This document shows positions 51,818 through 64,000 of a DNA stretch of 64,000 bases, piece by piece. How positions within the stretch are numbered: position 1 is the first letter of the stretch; every line of letters begins with the position of its first letter. The stretch is from positions 101,682,001 through 101,746,000 of the forward strand of contig NC_058373.1 in NCBI RefSeq assembly GCF_018350175.1. The letters run 5' to 3'. The position numbers were made by a program, and so were the translations under genes. The stretch comes from Felis catus. Taxonomy: Eukaryota. The notes under the pieces were generated by a model. It was not told the origin of the DNA and made no database searches. It saw only the letters and a program-made list of their open reading frames with translations.

Positions 51818-54762
51818 TATTGTTTGGATTCTTAACCTAAATACCAATTGCTTTCTAATTCATTGAACTATGTTTTGTCTGTTTTTCTGTGTGCATGATA
51901 TCCTTCATGGTAAAAAGGTTATGTAAGATAAAAAGGCCCAGGGTTTAGCATCATTCATAATACTGATTTTAAAAAATGTATATAAGTCAAGTCAAGGACT
52001 TTAGGGTATTAGAAAATGCAGACCCTAGATTAAGCATGAGGCAGAGAAATAAAAAATCAAGGGAGATGAATTTCTTTTAATAATAGGTGTGCTCTGGCAG
52101 CTCTTGATAGGATGCTGGGCCAAGCAGCCTTGGATAAGCATGTTTAAAAAGAAACACTTTACATCTCAAATTACTTGTTCCATTCTGAAGTATTTACAAA
52201 GCCACAGAACAGATAAGGCATATCTTCCTCCAACATTGATTTTATGTAAAGATTTGGACAAATAATATTTTTATATTAAAACCAGATATATCATGGACTA
52301 AAAGGAGAGGAATTCCATGCTCACAATAGATTGCTTCCAGATTTTTCTCCAAATCCCTGCTTTTTGGGTTTCTGGACCCTAAACCTTTAAGATTTTTTAA
52401 TTGAAATTTTTAGGTACAGCATGATAAAGTACCTGAAATAGAATTCTTGAACCACAGTAGCATGGAACACAATGAGCTCTGGATTCTAGTTTTTACTGCT
52501 GGTAGTGTAGGTATAAGGAGTAGTCAGGGAGTGTGGGTAAAGAAAAAAAAGGGGGGGTAGGTGACAGGGGGATAAAAATGATGAAGGGGCCAGGGAATAT
52601 AATGAGGAGTATAGAATGGTGTTTTCTTCCTTTGTTTTTCACTCCAAGGGATGAAAGAAAGAAGAGGAAGGTGTCATCTTATGGCTCTCATAAGAAGGTT
52701 ATATCTCGGGTCCTAACATTTCACATTCCTGACTTAACCTCTAAAAGGCGCTGGGCCAGGAGTGCCTGGGTGGCTTAGTTGGTTAAGTGTCCAACTCTGG
52801 ATCTCAGCTAAAAGCACGGGGCCAATGTTGAGCAGTGGAGTGGACTCAGAGCCTATGGGGTAACTGATTCTGAGGTTCAAAAAGGAGAAATTGCTGGATT
52901 TGTTGTTTTCTTGCTCTCCTGCCAACTCCGAAGTCTACTCCATCATCAACATTATCATTGCTTAGCATGCCAAACCCTGTTATAAACGTTTCCAGAAGGG
53001 AAGACGGTTACACCGAATTGAGTGATTGCTTAAGGACACATGGCTGTAAAGTGTCTTGTTTTTTATTTTAGAAGGAAAGCAGTTTTTCATTAAGTACAAT
53101 GTTAGCTCTACATATTTATGGCTGCCCTTTATTGGGTTAAGTTCCTTTACATTCCTAGTTTGCTCACAGTTTTTATCAGGAATAGACTTTAGATTTTAGC
53201 AAGTGCTTTTCCTGCACGTTTTGAAATAATCATATGGTTTTTCTTGCTTAGTCTGTTAATGTGGTAAATTATATTAAATTTTTAATGTGATATTAAGGCA
53301 TCACTGGGTCATGATGTATTAGCCTTTTAATATATTGTTGGATTTCATTTGTTAACATTTTGTTAGGAAGTTTTGCATCTGTGTTCCTGAATGATAACAC
53401 ATCTGTAGTTTTCTTGTTTGTCTCTGTCCCTTCTCTGCAGACTGCATGAATTTATCCTTCACCTCACTGATGTTTGGGAGGGAGGGGTTGTCCAGCCTTT
53501 TTTTTCTTTTCCTCTCTGTGTTTCATATTGGATCCTTTCTGTTGCTATGTCTTCAAATATACTGATGTAATGTTCAGTTAGCTATTAAGCCTGTCCAATA
53601 TATTTTTCATCTCAAATGTTGTATTTTTCCTCTTCAGAAATGGACTTATAACAATCATTTTGATGTTCTTGTCTACTGATTCTAGTATTCATATCATTTC
53701 TGGGGTCTATTTCTTTTGATTAGTTTCCTCATTATGGGTCACATTTTCTTCTTTGCATCGCTGTTGATTTTTTATTGGATGCTAAACATTGTGAATTTTA
53801 CTTTATAGGTGTTGGATGTTTTTGTATTCATATAAATATTCTTGAGTTATGTTTTGGGACACAATTAATTTACACAGTTTGATCTCTTAGAGGCTTGCTT
53901 TTCAGCTTTTTTAGGCAGGACCAGACGAGCCTTATCTAACTGTTCTATAAAATGAAATTCATCTGGAGTGTAACTTTATTCCATGTGTTACTTTTATTGG
54001 TTTTCCCTTGGCATTAGATTTATTCACGTGTTTTGAAACTTTGGTTTGCAACCTAAATTTTAGTAGAAGTTTTTCCCCCTCCCTTTGTCATCACCTTTGC
54101 TGTTTAACCATCTCACAATTGCCTTCAACCAGATTCCTAGATGCCCCCTAGTCAAGCACCAGGTCTTATAATGACATATTGATATTGATATTGGCCTAAC
54201 TCAGCTTCTAGATTCAAGTTATGAACCTAGCTCTGGCTCTTGTCTAGAGTGGACAACCTATAAGGTCCTCTTACTGTGTGAAGGCTTACTTGCCACAGCC
54301 TGCTGCCAGACTCAGGACCCATCAAACCATGGCGTCAGCCTTACTCATTATCTTATATTTCTTTCCTTTTTCAGAGCCATAAAGATTTGTCCTTGAACCC
54401 AACTAAGTCTCTTTTTCCAACATTTTATTATTAAAATTTTCAAATATACAGAAAACTTGAAAAAATTACAAAATGAACATACATATGCCCATCGCTTAGG
54501 TTCTACAATCAACACTTTGCTGTCAAGTCTTCATTACTTATTTGTAATCTTATTTCTCGATCACTTCAAAGTAAGTTGTTACTCTTCCCGTAAATACTGA
54601 AGTATTGCATATTATTAGCTAGAGCTCAGTGTTTCTTTTTGTTGGTAGTTCACTTTTTTTCTTTTGAGGTATATTTACACGCAATGAAATGTATAAATCT
54701 TCAGTGTTCTAAAACACATCATCTATACAACTCAAACCTCTATCAAGATATACAACATTGCC

Positions 54763-54987
54763 GGGGCGCCTGGGTGGCGCAGTCGGTTAAGCGTCCGACT
54801 TCAACCAGGTCACGATCTCGCGGTCCGTGAGTTCGAGCCCCGCGTCAGGCTCTGGGCTGATGGCTCAGAGCCTGGAGCCTGTTTCCGATTTTGTGTCTCC
54901 CTCTCTCTCTGCCCCTCCCCCGTTCATGCTCTGTCTCTCTCTGTCCCAAAAATAAATAAATGTTGAAAAAAAAATTAAAAAAAAAAA
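54763..54987 (+). mobile_element. Young Can-SINE (SINEC_Fc-like)
   Basis: Perfect 18-bp TSD AAGATATACAACATTGCC; CpGs intact. Confidence 0.95.
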
Positions 54988-56043
54988 AAGATATACAACA
55001 TTGCCATCACCAGGGAAAGTTTCCTGATGCCCTTTCCTGGTTAGTCCATACACTTACCCCCCCACCCCCCCGCTCCACCCCCACAAGCAACCACTGCCCC
55101 CACAAGCAACCACTGCCCTGTTTTTTTATTTCTGCCATAGATTAGTTTTGCCTGCTCTAGAATTTTATACTGTGGAATCATATAACACGTACTCCTTTGT
55201 GTGAGGCTTCTTTTGCTCAGCATGTTGTTTTTGAGATTTATCCATGTGGCTGTAGCAATAATTTACTCCTTTTCATTGCTGAGTACTACCATTCCTTTGT
55301 TTAAACTCACCACAGTTTGTTTACTCATTTCAGTGGGGTCTCTTTGATTTCTCTGTTTATTTTTTATCTATCACTGTTAAGTGTCTGGAGAGAAGAGAGA
55401 GCATCAAAGTATGTATTTAACTGTGCCATTTTAACTAAAGTCCTCCAGCTTATGTGTATTCATATATATATATTTTTTAATTGAGTAAACTTAGCTGCCT
55501 TCTAGTTTTATGAGGGATTGAGTGTAGTCCCTTTCATTTTCCTTCTAATCCATTTAATATTCATTATCGCATTTTTAGATGAAATTTGAAAGTAGAACAT
55601 ATGTTATATAAATGAAGTGCTGTATTTGGTATTTAAAGGTTCTCTTGTCCCATTAATTATATCAAATAGTCTGCATATTAAATATGAATTTGTTTTTTGT
55701 GTTATATAAAAAGTTCAATAATTCTTATGTTTTTGCTGTTATATTTGGTACAATTATCTATAATGACTGTACTACTTTGTTATCAACAATGTTAACAATA
55801 GAACTCTTTGTCTTCAAGAGTATGTCGATTCAGCCAGCTGAACAATATATTGCAATTATGTATGGGACCTCTAATCCCTCAATTCTAGATTAATTCTGTG
55901 ATATAATATAGATTGAATAACCTAATCTCTTTTGTGATGCTTGTGTTAAAAGGGATAACTAATAAAGCACAACATACTTCACATAGAACAAAATTTCAAC
56001 ATTTGCTAGAATTATGTATTATTTTATTTTTATTTTTCTTCAG

Positions 56044-56183
56044 GTTTGGCTGGGATGTTCCAGTAATCCTGAGAAATTCAGAAGAGACCCAGTTCAACAC
56101 AAGAGTTTTCAAAAAGCAAATGAGACAAGTCAAGAATCCTTTTGGCTTAGAGATCACTAATCCATCTTCAGCTTCAATTACAA
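56044..56183 (+). CDS. CGRRF1: CGRRF1 exon 2 (FGWDVPVILRNSEETQFNTRVFKKQMRQVKNPFGLEITNPSSASIT), 140 nt
   Basis: TTTTTCTTCAG acceptor; A|GTTGGT donor; phases fit exons 1 and 3. Confidence 0.93.
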
Positions 56184-56694
56184 GTTGGTGACTATTTTCC
56201 AGAGACTTTTTTTTCTTTCTGTGCCCCTTTCTCAGCACTTTTCTTTCTTTACAGTTTTCTTTCTTTATTGCTTTCTCTTCTTTGGACTTAACAAGTATTT
56301 ATTGAACATCTGTTTTGTTCTGGGAGCTATACTACGTATTACGGATACAGAGACTAATTATTCACAAAACTTGCTCCTCGGGAACTTATCAACTAGCAAA
56401 CCAGAGGCAAATATTTGTGTAAGAAGAATTAAGTATCACAGATGTTAATAAGAGAAGTCTGGCATTTTCATGGGTCTTGAGTGCAGTGAGAAATGTACGG
56501 ATGGTGTAGTGTGAGCACAGTTAACGTAAGGTTGCTAACCACAACTTTTTAATCTGAAATAATGGTATTTTGGGTATAAGTTATTTTGGTATTAAATGTT
56601 ATTTTGAGAGATGGTAATAAGATGATAGTTGTTTGTTTCTGTGCTTTTTGGAAAAGTAAACTGTCTGCAAGACTATCTAGGAACCGCTGGAGTG

Positions 56695-56972
56695 AAAGAG
56701 GGAAAGAAAAGAAAAAGAAAACAAAAGAAAAGAAGGGGGGTGGGAGGGAGGAAGGAAAGAGAGAGAGAAAGAAAGAGACAGGGAGGAAGGAAAGAGGAGA
56801 AAGACAGAGAGGGAAGGAAAGAGGGGAGGAAGGAAGGAAGAAATGGTTAAGTTTGCTGAGGTGGGGAGGCAGGCATAAAGAAAAGCCTCATAAAGAATGT
56901 GCTGGGTCTCTGTCTTATTTTTCTTTTCTTTTCTTTTCTTTTCTTTTTTTCTTTCTTTTCTTTCTTTTTTTG
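56695..56972. repeat. Purine-rich low-complexity tract followed by (CTTTT)n
   Basis: Direct reading. Confidence 0.85.
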
Positions 56973-58049
56973 AGTAGACTCTTGAAAGGTAAGTAGGTGT
57001 TTATCTCATGGGGTTGGGAGAAATTCTAAGTAGAGAAGAAGCATGAACAAAGCACTGAGACAGAAACAGAGAAACAATAAGTAGTTTGTTATGGAGAAAA
57101 CATAGGGTGGGACAGGTAAGAGAGAAGAGTGGAGGAAGACTCAGGTTCTTTGCAGGGGCCCTCCATAGACAGATCCTATTACCAGGATAAAGAGTACGGG
57201 AGGAACAGCAGGTTTTGGAAGAAAGGTAATGAATTCAGTTTTGAACTTCTGGACTTTGAAGTGCTTTTGTAGCAGTTAAGTAGAGATGGGTGGGCAGTTC
57301 CAGGTACAGTTCCCATAACTCTACAAAGATTTCCAGACTGAGACCCTATCACCTTTTACACTTGCTCACATTTCAGGTATCTTAAAAACAAACAACCCCA
57401 ACCTCTCTCAGCTTTTTACCCTATTGGATCTACTGTCCCCTTTCTCTCCCTTCACAGCCAGCCTTCTCAAAAGCGAATTGCACTTGCCTTCTTCCCTTAG
57501 CCTGCTTCACTTTCCACAGATGTGATTTTTGCCTGTATCCCTCCATTGAAATGGCTTTCCCCAAGAAGTGGTCACCAGTGACCACTTCTGCTCCCCGACC
57601 CTGCCCTCCTGCCCCCGCAGTCAGAAAATCCAGTGGACACTTTGTAGGCCTGAGTTAGCACTATCTCTGCAGTTTCACGGAGTTCACCAGTCCTTCCTTC
57701 TTGATACCCTGCTCCCTTGGCTTCTGTGACCCTTCTGCATAGCCGTCTTCCTGTCTATAACTTCCAAAATCACTTGTTGAAAAGCAGCGTACTTAGTAAA
57801 TAGGGATTATCAACCTTAAGTAAATATTGATTTATAATGAAAAAGTACAAAGTTTCTTATTCTTCCTTTGCTATAAGTACTATACTATTAGCCTATGAAT
57901 TGGAGAGAACTAAGGACCTCTTTTTTTTTTTTTTTAATCCTCTAATGGTGGATAAAGGATTTGTTCTGACATTTTTCTTGGGAAAAACTTGGGAAAACCA
58001 TGTTTAAGATATGACACAGGTAGATAAATAAATACATAAATTAGAAAAA

Positions 58050-61000
58050 GGGGTGCCTGGGTGGTTCAGTCAGTCAAGCGTCTGACTCTTGATTTTGCCT
58101 CAGGTAGTGATCTCACAGTCGTGATATCAGCCCCATGTCAGGCTCCACACTGGGCATGAAGCCTGCTTAAGATTCTCTCCCTCTCCCTCTGCTCCTACCC
58201 TACTCACATGTGTGCTCTTTCTCTCTCTCTCTCAAAAAAAAAAAAAAGATATGACAGAGAAAATTAACCTGTTTAGAAAATATGACTAATTAAAATGTAC
58301 AGAACAGTTGCAGTTCAGGGGTGCCTGGGTGGTTGGTTAAGCCTCCCGACTCTTGGTTTTGGCTCGGGTCATGATCTCACGGTTTGTGGGCTCAAGCCCT
58401 GTGTTGGGCTCTGTGCTGTCAGTGGAGCCTTCTTGGGACTCTGTTTCCCCCTCTCTGCCCCTCCCTTGCTCTCTCTCAAAATAAACAAACTCATAAAAAT
58501 AAATAAATAAGAACAGTGATAGTTTAAACAGTGGTAGTTTGGTGACCTCTGACCTCTGTGGCCAGGCACTTGGACCTGCTCCAGTGTCACATCTGGGCCT
58601 TGAGCAGGACTCCCGATATAAAAAGCTACCAGTACAAAGCCATCCTTCCTGCCACACAGTTCCACAAGCCTGGAAACGCTGAAAAAGTAAGAACTGATTA
58701 ATTGTAACCAAGCAAACACACTTGTGAGTTGGGAAGTGTGAGGAAATCCGTCAATTTTCCTTTCAGGCAGAAATAGTTCCCCTGTAAATGTTAGAAGCAA
58801 ATGAAAAGATATCCAGTGAGTAGAAGACCTGTCAGCCACTAACCAACAATACCATTACCAAAGTACACAAAAAATTTTTTCGATGTGTGGGTTTATAGCT
58901 TGCTTCTTGATGTATTTTAATTTTTAAAATACCAGTGCCTATCATTGATTGTCTTTCTTCTATGGGGAAATAAGGAGAGGGATTTTGGTGGGAATTAAAT
59001 TCAACAGAATAGAATTCATTTGTTTAAACTGTAGAACAGTGGATATCATTAAAGATGTCTAACCAGGATATTAAAATAATATTCTGGGCAATATTTGTGA
59101 CATTTTAAAAGGTTATTTCATCGGATATGTAGATAGTTTAAAAATCCAGGTCCTTGGGGCACCTGGGTGGCTCAGTTGGTTGAGCATCCAACTTCGGCTC
59201 AGGTCATGATCTCAGGGTTCGTGGGCTCAAGCCCTGCATCGGGGTTTATGCTGACAGGGAGGAGACTGCTTTGGGTTCTCTGTCTCCCTCTCTCTCTGCC
59301 CCTCCCCGGCTTGTGCTCTCTCTCTCTGTCTCCAAAATAAATAAACATTAAAAAAAAAAATACAGGTCCTTTTTCACCACTGTCCCCAAAGTGCTGGGCA
59401 TGTAGGGGAGGGAAGGGGACTATCTGGAGACCTGATTTACTTGAAGATGAATGAGAATCAGTTTTAATCTTAGTCATTTGGCTCTCTTTACTATGGGTGG
59501 GTTGCTGGGATTTCTTTTGTTGTTACGTGGTGATACTATGTTTGGATTTATGATGTTTCCATGTCCCCAGTGTAAAAGGTTTTATGGATATGTTGGTTGA
59601 GTTGAATTCATTTGGGCCAGAAATTCTCCTGTCCCTTTGTAACAGCTTCCTTATTTTGGCTTATTTACCCTGGTGACACTTAACAAAGGTGAAAGGGTAG
59701 ACAAAATGACACACATTGCATTTTGGGAGGAATTTGTGAACCTCTATTCTCTCCAACGTAAAATTTTTGTCTCCCAGTACTCCAGATTTATTACCCTCAT
59801 GCGTGATCACCTTGTACGTTAGTTCTTTCTCAGGGTTTCTCCTCAAGAAAGTTTGTGGCTTTTCTGCTGTATTGTTTCTCCTGTTTTTAATGGCTCAACT
59901 CATTGACCATAGTCCTTGTTTTTTGCAGTTTTTTGCAAGGCTGTCTCTTATGCTGGGTTTTATTTGGCTGTTACAGCTAGGCAGGTTAGGGCAGGCTGAG
60001 AGAAATCACCCCCCTTTCGGTTAGTTTAGATTCTGAATTTTCTGCTTTAAGGCCGTGTTCCAAGTCTGCTATTGCTGTTGATCTGACATGGCATTGTGTT
60101 TGCACTGAATTTTAGAAGACTAAGAAAATGTAAGAATGAGACTGTCTGCAGAACAAGTGGGAAAAACTAAAGGGAGAACAGCTTTGCCCCCGGGGGGATT
60201 TGAACTGACATCAGTTAGTGTAAATCAAAACATTATCTTCTCAGTCTGTGTCCTAGACAAGTTTAGGAAAGATTGTGGAGAGTAGAATTTATAGATTCTA
60301 TTCTTCTTTCTCACAAACTTATAATATTAATTTCAGAGACATACTCTGTTGAAGTCTGCTTAGTATCCAGTTGTCACTGGTCTCTGACACTCTCCCCATT
60401 TTAGTCAAGTCTTTTATGCAGCTCTGAATCTCTGGAACTCCAATTCTTTTTACACAGCAAATAAACTGGGTAGTTTTACATGTTTTAGAACTTATCCTCC
60501 CATGGTTCTTTGTTAGTGTAAGCACACACATGGGTATGGATGTCCCCTCCTGTGACATAAACAGTACTATGCTATAAACTTTCCTCCACCTTGCTTTTTT
60601 CGCTTAACAATATATTCTGAAGATCATTCCACAGTAAAATATACAGATATTTTGCTATGCTTCAATTCTTTTTTGAGAGCTGCAAAGTACTTCATTATAG
60701 AGCATTCTATATTTTATTCATTTAATCCCCTATCAATGGACATTTGGGTGGATTCCTGCATTTTGATACAACTGATGCTCCGTACATACAATTTTTCACA
60801 TTTTTGCCAAGAATGTTAAATCATTTTCTGGGTTCCTTTTTTCTCTTTTTTAATTTTCTTTTATATGCCTTTTCTATTTTTTCCTTCCTTATCTACTTCA
60901 TCTTTTTTTTCCTTATGTGGTTCTGTGGTAACATAAAGAAAAGGATGTATGATTTTTAATATATATATTAACTTCAAACATGTACATTTTATGTAAAATA

Positions 61001-62056
61001 GTATAAATGGTATATACTGGTATGTTTTATTATAATATGTAAATTAATATGATGTATATTAAATTTAACATATAAATATATATTTAAATGTGTATCGTGG
61101 AGTGGTTTTTTTTTCAGCTATTTAATAGCTAATTGAAAAATAATAGCTAATTAAATTTCCCATTTTTTTTTAAGTTTATTTATTTATTTTGAAAGAGAGA
61201 AAGAGAGAATCCCAAGCAGGCTCCAACACTCAGTGCAGAGCCCAACATGGGGCTCAGTCTCACAACCATGAGGTCATGACCTGAGCCAAAATTAAGAGTC
61301 TGACACTTAACTGACTGAGCCACCCAGGCACCACAAAATTTCCCATTCTTGAATTAATGCCCGGTGATTAGAATCATATAAAACTTTGAAATCAAATTCT
61401 GTTCCAATTACCTATGCAAAGTTCCTGCCAATTAAAATTTTTGCCTAACTGTGATTAGAAATGATACTATGTCATTGCTAGTATGCATACCCCCAATCTG
61501 AAACTCTATGTACATACTACTGATTACTGAGGAGAAAAGTGAAAAACTCAATATTTGGCATCCTGTAGAACATCTTCTTATGTTTGTGTATATCCTTCCA
61601 ACACATACTCTTGATCACCTTTTTAAAAACACATAATGGGGCACCTGGGTGGCTCAGTTGGTTGAGAGTCCGACTTAGGCTCAGGTCATGATCTCATGGT
61701 TCATGAGTTCAAGCCCCACATCGGGCTCACTGCTGTCAGCCTGTCAGTGCAGACAGAGCCTGCTTTGAATCCTCTGTACCCTCTCTCTGCCCCTCCCCAG
61801 CTTGTGCTCTCCCCAAAATAAATAAATATTAAAAATAAATAATTAAAAAAGTATCTAAAAAAATTACACAACGTATCAATCAGAATTCCTATTAGCATAT
61901 GTGCTGCTGAAGTGAGCACAAGAATTCCTATTAGCAAGCAACAGAAATGACCTCAATAAAAGGATACTGGGTCGCTGACAGAATTGCCAGTAGGTTTGGA
62001 GAGCCAGAATCAGAGACCAAGGCTATTTAGCCAAGAACAGTGCTCCAAACCATGTA

Positions 62057-62096
<40 letters not shown>

Positions 62097-62320
62097 GTTT
62101 ATTTATTTTTGAGAGAGAGAGAGACAGACAGAGAGAGAGAGAGAGAGAGAGAATGTGAGTGGGGGAGGAGCAGAGAGAGAGAGGGAGACACAGAATCCGA
62201 AGCAGGCTCCAGGCTCTGAGCTGTCAGTACAGAGCTGACATGGGGCTCAAACTCACGTACCGCGAGATCGTGACCTGAAACAAAGTCGGACGCTTAACCG
62301 ACTGAGCCATCCAGGTGCCC
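58050..62320. mobile_element. Further Can-SINEs in CGRRF1 intron 2 (about 58050-58247 +, 58318-58510 +, 59156-59360 +, 61165-61333 -, 61638-61860 +, 62090-62320 -)
   Basis: Recognisable SINE bodies, several with TSDs (e.g. AAAAAT(C/A)CAGGTCCTT, AAATTTCCCATT). Confidence 0.85.
61898..61919 (-). pseudogene. 3'-truncated U6 snRNA retrocopy (U6 nt 1-22)
   Basis: Minus strand GTGCTCACTTCAGCAGCACATA vs U6 GTGCTCGCTTCGGCAGCACATA (two CpG-type changes); flanked by the direct repeat AGAATTCCTATTAGCA at 61882-61897 and 61921-61936. Confidence 0.85.
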
Positions 62321-63272
62321 TTCGAACCGTGTACTTTTGATCTAGTAAGTCCAGTGCCACCGAGCACCAGATACCGCACTTTCCACTAACAGGTGTAGAA
62401 GACCTTCTATTGCTGCCCTTGAACTTGATACTGCTGCAACTGCCATAAGCAAGGGAAAAAATCATACAGGTGGCACACAGTAAGTCCTATGTAAGTGTTT
62501 AATAAATAGGTAAAATGATATAATTTGTAGGTCTGCTTATAATTTACTTTTTCCACTTAATCAGGTTTACTCAAATTGTAATGTTTTTTTATGCTGAAAG
62601 CAAATAAATGAATGAGGACGTTGCTATTAAGCTCTTCATGTTTTGAAATCCCCATTCTTTCCCTAGGATATTTTGCATATCACATGGGACATTAACTGTA
62701 TGACAAGAACATATATTAATGTTGTCAGTATGTATATTAATATTAGTAAGGCTTGATTTCTCTTTAATATTTTTTCCTACTGCAGTGGTCATCTTGTGGA
62801 CCCCATGAGTTAGGTGTGTCCACTTTCAGAGACAGCTCTGCTCTGAAGGTTGTATATATCCACTTTTGGAGACAGCACTACTGTTTCTTGTCATTAGGAT
62901 TACATATGCTGTTAGAGTGGTAGGTTACCAATAGTGAATGATATTTCAGTTTTTAAGATGTATGTGAGAGAAGTCTTTAAGTCACACACTCAAAATGAAC
63001 TTGATAATTTCTAAGTATAAATGTGTAAATAATAAAGAGTTTACTGATGGTGCTTCAAAATTGTGTAGATGTGGAAGTTTTTATATCACTTGTTTAGGGA
63101 CCAGTTCCTTCATTCACAGGCACATACCCTTTAATGAGTTCCTTTTATGACAGACATCACCTTGGCCAGCATCCAAAAGGAAGCTTTTGTTATTCACTGT
63201 GTACCATTGTATTAGAAATTACATTAGGTAATTTTCTTCTCTTTGTCTTCTTTTCTTCTTTGTTTTCTACAG

Positions 63273-63450
63273 CTGGCATAACTTTGACAACAGATTGCCT
63301 TGAAGATAGCCTCCTTACATGCTATTGGGGGTGCAGTGTTCAAAAATTCTATGAAGCTCTACAGAAGCACTTTTATTGCTTCCGAATAAGCACTCCCCAA
63401 GCACTGGAAGATGCTCTGTATAGTGAATATCTTTATCAAGAACAGTATTT
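63273..63450 (+). CDS. CGRRF1: CGRRF1 exon 3 (TGITLTTDCLEDSLLTCYWGCSVQKFYEALQKHFYCFRISTPQALEDALYSEYLYQEQYF), 178 nt
   Basis: Long pyrimidine tract plus CAG; ends at the U12 donor TT|GTATCCTTTT. Confidence 0.94.
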
Positions 63451-63854
63451 GTATCCTTTTATCTGATATATCCATTGACAAATGAAAATTTTATTTTATT
63501 TTTTTTAATTTTATTAAAAAAAATTTTTTTAACCTTTATTTATTTTTGAAAAAGACCGAGTGTGAGTGGGGGAGGGGCAGAGAGAGAGGGAGACACAGAA
63601 TCTGAAGCAGGCTCCAGGCTCCAAGCTGTCAGCACAGAGCCAGATGCCGGGCTCAAACTCACAAACTGTGATATCATGACCTGAGCCGAAGGCCGATGCT
63701 TAACCGACAGAGCCACCCAGGCACCTCGACAAATGAAAATTTTAGACATTAGACTTTTTATGGATAAAATAAATTATTTGCTAAGTTACTGTTACCTTTG
63801 GTGTATTACTGTATTTTTGGTTACAGTGGCAATTTACCTTTACATTTCAAAAAG
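63451..63854 (+). other. CGRRF1: U12-type GT-AG intron (CGRRF1 intron 3, 404 nt)
   Basis: 5' GTATCCTTTT; branch-like TACCTTTAC at 63835-63843, 11 nt before AAAAAG; no pyrimidine tract. Confidence 0.88.
63494..63727 (-). mobile_element. Can-SINE inside the CGRRF1 U12 intron (antisense to the gene)
   Basis: 17-bp TSD GACAAATGAAAATTTTA at 63477-63493 and 63728-63744. Confidence 0.93.
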
Positions 63855-64000
63855 TATTAAAAAGGACAGCAAAGAAGAAATATATTGCCAGTTACCAAGA
63901 GATACTAAAATTGAAGACTTTGGTTCTGTGCCCAGATCTCGCTATCCATTGGTAGCACTGTTGACCCTAGCTGATGAGGATGACCGAGAAATTTATGATA
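63855..64000 (+). CDS. CGRRF1: CGRRF1 exon 4, partial (IKKDSKEEIYCQLPRDTKIEDFGSVPRSRYPLVALLTLADEDDREIYD...)
   Basis: Open frame continuing exon 3 (TT|T Phe); runs to the window end. Confidence 0.93.

Noticed and set aside
44156..55120. Short direct repeats (e.g. near 44156, 44760, 50540, 55080) as a possible CRISPR-like or regulatory array
   Set aside because: Unrelated two-copy slippage duplications in a mammalian genome; no repeat-spacer array
44221..61600. Scattered RTATCCTT U12-donor-like motifs in CGRRF1 introns (e.g. 44221, 47541)
   Set aside because: No adjoining exon or branch/acceptor pair; expected by chance

Overview
This is mammalian genomic DNA, almost certainly from a felid: it holds about 40 carnivore Can-SINEs, several of the young SINEC_Fc type. 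It is syntenic with the human CNIH1-GMFB-CGRRF1 block. Genes: CNIH1 coding exon 1 with its CpG island (minus); the complete 7-exon GMFB gene (minus; 429-nt CDS, 142 aa, about 3.6 kb 3'UTR); and CGRRF1 coding exons 1-4 (plus, running off the window end), divergent from GMFB. The rest is intron or intergenic DNA with SINEs, old LINE, LTR and DNA transposon remnants, and microsatellites. Almost all ORF-track entries are spurious. Main observations: (1) GMFB has an AT-AC U12 (minor spliceosome) intron and CGRRF1 has a GT-AG U12 intron, each containing a Can-SINE. (2) CGRRF1 intron 1 has a 262-bp, about 98%-identical inverted duplication that copies a SINE plus its unique 5' flank. (3) A 22-nt tailless U6 snRNA retrocopy has a 16-bp TSD. 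(4) CNIH1 has an out-of-frame overlapping uORF. I see no evidence of a wholly new multi-gene system. Repeat family names come from recalled consensus sequences, not a search.
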